A stretch of 64,000 nt of DNA from Nannocystales bacterium (GTDB lineage: Bacteria > Myxococcota_A > Polyangia > Nannocystales > Nannocystaceae), in NCBI GenBank assembly GCA_050633305.1, contig JBOEGF010000004.1, positions 96,001 to 160,000 of the forward strand, given 5' to 3'. How positions within the stretch are numbered: the stretch's first letter is position 1; each line of letters starts with the position of its first letter. Under the pieces are notes generated by a model. That model saw nothing but the letters and a program-made list of their open reading frames with translations, searched no databases and was not told where the DNA came from. A program made the translations under genes and the position numbers. Of this stretch, positions 59,104 through 64,000 are shown in pieces.

Positions 59104-60021
59104 TCAGGGCTTCCACAGCACGCCTCGGGCGCTGGGATCGAGGTCCGGGGTCGCGGCGGGATCTCCGGTCAGGCGGAGCATGACCCGTCCTCGCACGGCA
59201 TCTTCGGGGAGCCAGCCCAGAGCGCGCGAATCACAGCATGCGCCGCCATCGCGGTTGTCCGCGACCACCAGGAACCCGGGGGCCTGCATCTGCACGGGTC
59301 CGAAGTCCGGCGGCGGAAGCTCCAGCCCGGGCCACAGAACGGGGGTCTGTTCCGCCCGCACGAGTACGGGGTACCGCCGCGCGTCGGTGGTCTCATACGC
59401 GAGCGTGCGGAGAGCCTGTCCTCCCTCTTGCAGACGGATTCGGATCGGATCGGCGAGCTTGGAGGGCACGGGGTCGCCGTTGATGGACAGCCCGAGGGCG
59501 CCGGCGGGTCCGTGAAACTCGACGGTGTCGCCGGGGACCGCCAGAACTCGACCGAGGCGAAGGGGTCCCCGGTCGATCTTGACGATCCCATCACTGCGGG
59601 ACTGGACTTGCTCCCAGTTCGCGTCGAGCTCGGCTCGGTCGACCACGGAGGTCGCGATGCCGGTGTTCTTGAGGACACCCTGAGGATCTTGGCGGACGTC
59701 GGGGCGCCCGGCCTCGGCGGGGACGCCGTTGGGGTGCTCGAGCTCGGGCGCCTCCCATGATCCCGGTCGGGCCATGCCGGGGTCGTACAAGACGATGTCG
59801 CCCCGCTCGAGGCTCCACGGGTCCCGGGTGATGACGACATGGTCGCTGTCGACGAGGGTGGGAGCCATGCCGTCTCCGTGCACCTCGACCACGGTCGCAA
59901 AGCTCATACGCACGACGACAAGCGCGGCGCCGCCGACCAAGGTCAGCCAGGCGATGCGGGACGACCAACCACGCGCAGGGGGGCGTGCTCGGGGGTCATC
60001 CTCTGGGTCTCGGCGGAACAT
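59104..60021 (-). CDS. Signal peptidase I (S26) homologue lacking the catalytic Ser/Lys
   Basis: TM helix followed by VHGDGMAPTL..D, RGDIV, LGRVLAVPGD and DNR....DSR.LG...VRGR. Confidence 0.82.
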   Translation of the reverse strand: MFRRDPEDDPRARPPARGWSSRIAWLTLVGGAALVVVRMSFATVVEVHGDGMAPTLVDSDHVVITRDPWSLERGDIVLYDPGMARPGSWEAPELEHPNGVPAEAGRPDVRQDPQGVLKNTGIATSVVDRAELDANWEQVQSRSDGIVKIDRGPLRLGRVLAVPGDTVEFHGPAGALGLSINGDPVPSKLADPIRIRLQEGGQALRTLAYETTDARRYPVLVRAEQTPVLWPGLELPPPDFGPVQMQAPGFLVVADNRDGGACCDSRALGWLPEDAVRGRVMLRLTGDPAATPDLDPSARGVLWKP

Positions 60022-60658
60022 GGGGCGCGCGCGCCAGCGCACGGGCCAACGCTTGCAGAGTGTCGGCGAGGGCGTCCGCGGAACCCAAGAAAGTGGAGAT
60101 CCCGGCCAGGCCGTATGCCCCGGCGTGCATGCACGAGCCGGCGGTTTCGGCGGTCACCCCACCCAGGGCGAATACCCGCGGATGGCGCGTGGTCCAGGCC
60201 GCGAGCGATTCGACTCCAGCGGCGGGTTTGGCAAACGCCGCAGCTGTACGGGGCGCGAACACCGGTGCGAACACCATGTAGTCGGCGGTGGAGGCCCTGG
60301 GGCCGCCGTGCACGGAGGCGCCGAGGAGCGCCTCGGGCCAAGCTGCGCGGGCGCGCAGCAGTTCGTCTTCGTTGGGATCTCCGCGCAGCTGGAGCCCACA
60401 CAGGCCCGCATCGCGGGCGAGCGGAGCGAACCGGACAACGTCCGGCATGGCGCAGGATCCAAGCACTGGGATGTCTGCGGCCCTCGCGGAGCGAACCAGC
60501 GGCCCCAGGCGATGCTCGGGGTGGAGCATCGTTGCCGGATCCACGCCTGGATCCCTCAAGAGGACGGCCAGGGCGAGTCCGAGGTCGGCCGCCACGTCCA
60601 CGCACGTTGTGGCCACCGGCCCTCGCGGGGGCGTGATGGCCAGCAACCGTGGGATCAC
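59996..60658 (-). CDS. thiE: Thiamine phosphate synthase / TenI family
   Basis: [30 protein letters not shown] and [13 protein letters not shown] overlap with thiG. Confidence 0.8.
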   Translation of the reverse strand: MIPRLLAITPPRGPVATTCVDVAADLGLALAVLLRDPGVDPATMLHPEHRLGPLVRSARAADIPVLGSCAMPDVVRFAPLARDAGLCGLQLRGDPNEDELLRARAAWPEALLGASVHGGPRASTADYMVFAPVFAPRTAAAFAKPAAGVESLAAWTTRHPRVFALGGVTAETAGSCMHAGAYGLAGISTFLGSADALADTLQALARALARAPHVPPRPRG

Positions 60659-61449
60659 TCGATGAGTCCGGCAGCCGGGCTCGAGGCGTGGGCGTGGGCT
60701 CGCATCGGCATTCGGCCGGCGAGGAACGCCTTGCGGCCCGCGTCGATGCCCAGTCGCATCGCCTCGGCCATTTGCACGGGGTTCTTCGCGGCCGCGATCG
60801 CGGTGTTCATCAGGACGCCCTGACATCCGAGCTCCATCGCGACGGCGGCGTCGCTCGCCGTCCCGACGCCAGCGTCCACGATCACTGGAATGCTCGACTG
60901 TTCGAGGATGAGTCGCAGATTGTGCGGGTTCCGGATGCCCATTCCGCTGCCGATGGGCGCAGCCAAGGGCATGACTGCGGCGCAGCCCATGTCCTCGAGC
61001 TTCCGACAGACGATCGGGTCGTCGGAGACGTAGGGCAAGACGGTGAACCCGTCGTCGATCAGCTGCTGCGCGGCGCGAAGCGTCTGCTCGTTGTCGGGCA
61101 GCAGAGTCTTCGGGTCGCCGATGACCTCCAGCTTCACGATGTCGGCAATCCCCAGCTCTCGGGCGAGTCGGAGCGTCCGGACGGCTTCGTCCGCGCTGTA
61201 GCACCCCGCCGTATTCGGAAGCAGGGTGTACTTGTCGCGGTCGATCCAGCTCAGGAGGTTGTCGGTGGCTTTGAGATCGACCCGGCGCAACGCGACGGTG
61301 ACGATCTCGGCACCGGAGGCTTCGAGCGCGGCGGTTGTCTCTTGCGCATCCTTGTACTTGCCGGTTCCGACCAGCAGGCGGGAGCGAAGCGTGCGACCGG
61401 CGAGGGTCCAGGTGTCTTCCGAAGTTTGGGTTGTGGTTGCTTGGGTCAC
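60655..61449 (-). CDS. thiG: Thiazole synthase
   Basis: [39 protein letters not shown] and ASSP. GTG start at 61449. Confidence 0.97.
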   Translation of the reverse strand: MTQATTTQTSEDTWTLAGRTLRSRLLVGTGKYKDAQETTAALEASGAEIVTVALRRVDLKATDNLLSWIDRDKYTLLPNTAGCYSADEAVRTLRLARELGIADIVKLEVIGDPKTLLPDNEQTLRAAQQLIDDGFTVLPYVSDDPIVCRKLEDMGCAAVMPLAAPIGSGMGIRNPHNLRLILEQSSIPVIVDAGVGTASDAAVAMELGCQGVLMNTAIAAAKNPVQMAEAMRLGIDAGRKAFLAGRMPMRAHAHASSPAAGLIE

Positions 61450-61451
61450 GG

Positions 61452-61658
61452 TCAGCCTCCTCCGACGAATGTGACGATCTCGAGCCGGTCTCCCGCCGTC
61501 AGCGGGGTGTCGGCATGCGCGTCGCGAGGAACGATCTCTCGGTTGCGTTCCACGGCGACGTGGCGCGACTCCAGGCCGAGGCTGCGAAGCAGGCAGGCGA
61601 CGGTGCTTCCTTCCTCGACCGGGCGAGTCTCGCCATTGACGAACACGTCTTGCACCAT
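61452..61658 (-). CDS. thiS: Sulfur carrier protein ThiS
   Basis: VNGE, VAVERN and [13 protein letters not shown]. Confidence 0.96.
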   Translation of the reverse strand: MVQDVFVNGETRPVEEGSTVACLLRSLGLESRHVAVERNREIVPRDAHADTPLTAGDRLEIVTFVGGG

Positions 61659-61834
61659 CGCGGGATACCAATGGCTGGCTCCGACGTCACGCGCGCGGGC
61701 AGCGGACCTGCGGCGCCTGCGACACAGCGAGGCTTCTTGCCACGCCCAAGCGTGGTGGCTTTCCACCACTGTATGATTTCTGCAACAGCGCGCGGAAGTG
61801 GAGCAAAAATGAGCGTTCCGTGAAACCGACGGAA

Positions 61835-61847
61835 AATCAACCGATTA
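61835..61847 (+). promoter_or_regulatory. IHF-binding site match
   Basis: AATCAACCGATTA matches WATCAANNNNTTR and lies in an AT-rich patch upstream of a sigma54-like promoter. Confidence 0.6.
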
Positions 61848-61872
61848 GAAAATCGGTGCGGGCTGTGCGGTC

Positions 61873-61888
61873 TGGCACGGTCCTCGCT
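61873..61888 (+). promoter_or_regulatory. sigma54 (-24/-12) promoter
   Basis: TGGCACG-GTCC-TCGCT has exact GG-N10-GC spacing and one mismatch to TGGCACGN4TTGCW. Confidence 0.65.
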
Positions 61889-61901
61889 TATGGGAATGGA
61901 C

Positions 61902-62642
61902 ATGCGCTCCCTCGCTGACTCCCGCCGCCCCGCCATTCCCCTCGAACGACTCCCCGTTCCCGAGGTGATCGCGGTCGTCGAGCCGTTCACGGCGGCGCGG
62001 CCCGAGGAGGTCAATGTTCTCGCATCCGCGTCGGTCCGGATCCGAAAAACCTCAGGCACGGTTCTGCTCGAGGAAGGGGCGCCTGCCGAGGGGATCTACA
62101 TCGTCCTCCGTGGCCGCGTGAACTTGATCCGCGAAGGTGCCGGGCGTGACCTGATTCTCAGCTCGCTTGGGCCCGGTGATGTCATCGGTGAAGGCTGCGC
62201 GTTCGACGACACCCCCATGTCGACCTCCGCGGTGACAGCGACCCCCAGCGAGTTGCTGCACATCCCGGCGGACGTTGTCGCGGCGCATGTCGGTCGGCAT
62301 CCGGAGACCCTCGTCCGCCTGATGCGTCTCATGTCGACGAAGATCCGTGACATTGAGAACGTCGCCAGCAGCCTTGCGCTCCACGACGTCGAGGAGCGAC
62401 TGCGTCGCACGCTGGTCCGGCTGGCTCAGCGGCAGGGACGCCGCTCCCCGCAGAGCAGTGGGTGGATTCTGGCGCCCGTGCCCACCCAGTCGGAGCTGGC
62501 TCGGATGGTCGGGTCTTGCCGCGAGACGGTCTCGCGGACCCTCAGCGCGATGGCACGCAACGGTCTCGTGAGTTCCAGCGGTCGTCGGATGATCCTCGAC
62601 GAGCGGATGGTCAGCGGCGGTGCGGAGGCCTCGGCCGCCTGA
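61902..62642 (+). CDS. Crp/Fnr-family transcriptional regulator
   Basis: cNMP-binding fold (EG....IYIV..G.V, GPGDVIGE) and HTH TQSELARMVGSCRETVSR. Alternative ATGs at 61890 and 61896. Confidence 0.92.
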   Translation: MRSLADSRRPAIPLERLPVPEVIAVVEPFTAARPEEVNVLASASVRIRKTSGTVLLEEGAPAEGIYIVLRGRVNLIREGAGRDLILSSLGPGDVIGEGCAFDDTPMSTSAVTATPSELLHIPADVVAAHVGRHPETLVRLMRLMSTKIRDIENVASSLALHDVEERLRRTLVRLAQRQGRRSPQSSGWILAPVPTQSELARMVGSCRETVSRTLSAMARNGLVSSSGRRMILDERMVSGGAEASAA

Positions 62643-62765
62643 CCCAGGCCCGTTCCTCTCGGCGCACAACTGCGATCGATCGCGCAAGACGAAGGTCTCC
62701 TCGGAAGTTCGAGGGGGCCTTCGTGCGTTTGTCAGCCTCAGGTGGCGAGGCGTATAAGAAAACCG

Positions 62766-63938
62766 ATGGGCGGAGCGGTACACCAAGACCTCAACAGGGC
62801 TCCGGCGACCGCTGGCGTCGAGGTGCGGCCGACGTTTGCACAGATCGACCTTTCCGCCCTGCAGCACAACTTGGCGGCAGTGCAGGCCCACGTCGGAAGT
62901 GCCCGTGTCCTCGCGGTGGTCAAGGCTGACGCCTACGGCCATGGCGCCGCTCGGGCCTCGGCAGCGTTCGTAGATGCGGGGGCTTGGGGGCTGGCGGTCA
63001 GCCTCGTTGAGGAAGGTGTCCAGCTGCGGGAAGCCGGGGTGCTCGCGCCGATCGTTGTTCTCGGCGGCGTCGCGCCCGGCTCCGCCGATGTCCTGGTGCA
63101 CCGACGCCTGACACCGGTGATCTGGTCTGTCGCGCAGCTGGAGCGCTTGAGCGAAGCGGTGTGTCGAACCGGCGCGCGTCCAGCACGGGTGCACGTGAAA
63201 ATCGACACCGGAATGACCCGGCTCGGTGTGCTGCCCGGCGAGCTCGCCCCGCTCCTGGATTGGTTCGCTCGCGACGAGGGCCGGACGGTCGTGTTCGAGG
63301 GGGTGATGACTCACCTCGCGTGTGCGGACGACCGCGTCGATGAACTCTCCTCCAAGCGCCAGTTGGGCATCTTCGAGGACTGTCTCTCGTCGATCTCGGC
63401 GGCCGGTTTCTCGCCTCCACTTCGGCATGCCTGCAACTCGGCGGGCTTGGTGCGATTCCCCAGCGCGCACTTCGACATGGTTCGGCCCGGGATTGCGCTG
63501 TATGGCTCGGCTTCGGCGCAGGATGTCCAGCTCGCGGGGCTGCGCGAGTCGATGAGCATGCGCAGCTCGGTGCTCGCGGTCCGAGAAGTACCCGCGGGGG
63601 TGCGTGTCTCGTATGGCGGGACCGTGCAGCTCGGGAGGCCGTCTCGTCTGGCCATCGTGCCGGTGGGGTATGCGGACGGGTACCCCCGCAACATGAGCGG
63701 GTCGGCGCAGATGCTTGTGCGTGGGCACCGATGCGACGTGGTCGGCAGCATCACGATGGACGTCACGATGCTCGATGTCACGGACCTTCCTGGCGTACGT
63801 GCGGGCGAAGCCGTGACGATGCTCGGGACGCAGGGGCTCGGCCGCATCGACTTGCACGAGATGGCCGGCTGGTCGGGTACGATCAGCTACGAGGTGACCT
63901 GCGGCGTTTCGAAACGCGTCCCTCGGCGTTACGCGTGA
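62766..63938 (+). CDS. alr: Alanine racemase
   Basis: AVVKADAYGHG, HVKIDTGMTRLG, HACNS, VRPGIALYG, VSYG, GYADG and TISYE. Confidence 0.97.
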   Translation: MGGAVHQDLNRAPATAGVEVRPTFAQIDLSALQHNLAAVQAHVGSARVLAVVKADAYGHGAARASAAFVDAGAWGLAVSLVEEGVQLREAGVLAPIVVLGGVAPGSADVLVHRRLTPVIWSVAQLERLSEAVCRTGARPARVHVKIDTGMTRLGVLPGELAPLLDWFARDEGRTVVFEGVMTHLACADDRVDELSSKRQLGIFEDCLSSISAAGFSPPLRHACNSAGLVRFPSAHFDMVRPGIALYGSASAQDVQLAGLRESMSMRSSVLAVREVPAGVRVSYGGTVQLGRPSRLAIVPVGYADGYPRNMSGSAQMLVRGHRCDVVGSITMDVTMLDVTDLPGVRAGEAVTMLGTQGLGRIDLHEMAGWSGTISYEVTCGVSKRVPRRYA

Positions 63939-64000
63939 GTCAGCGCGAGCCGTGAACACGGCCCTTGCTGGAACAATTCCAAGGTAGGCTTGGTCGAGGC

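Noticed and set aside
61659..61889. TPP riboswitch upstream of thiS
   Set aside because: No GCTGAGA or other TPP aptamer core was found on the minus strand.

Overview
High-GC window whose gene content (many Ser/Thr kinases, HEAT-repeat proteins, Cys-rich and Ser/Thr/Asp-rich lipoproteins, an AgmX/PglI-type domain) points to Myxococcota, probably a Nannocystaceae-like and possibly marine lineage. The taxon is an inference. Recognisable housekeeping content: a complete nqrABCDEF-apbE operon, an ECF sigma factor, mutS, a PBP1A, truA, a TrmH methylase, thiSG plus a thiE-like gene, alr, an M17 aminopeptidase and tRNA-Thr(CGT). Best observations: (1) selD is a selenoprotein gene that the ORF track splits, with an in-frame TGA in a GUASK motif followed by a SECIS-like GGTCT hairpin. 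(2) A three-gene unit encodes a short Ser/Thr/Gly-repeat lipoprotein, a MurE-like ligase lacking its N-terminal domain, and an NlpC/P60 hydrolase; the first two are in frame across a single TGA. (3) A signal peptidase I homologue lacks both catalytic residues. (4) NadD is fused to a DUF2520/PanG-like domain. (5) A membrane pseudokinase carries a PPG-rich linker and a GYF-like domain. (6) A kinase-FHA gene precedes two lipoproteins built from a 10-Cys repeat. (7) A sigma54/IHF/palindrome promoter sits in front of a Crp/Fnr regulator. (8) A MauG-like dihaem lipoprotein has a repeat-rich promoter region. (9) A Clp ATPase has a degenerate first AAA module. (10) A duplicated 36-bp palindromic REP-like element lies between convergent genes. 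No CRISPR array, transposase or integrase was recognised. All family calls come from reading motifs by eye; no database searches were run.
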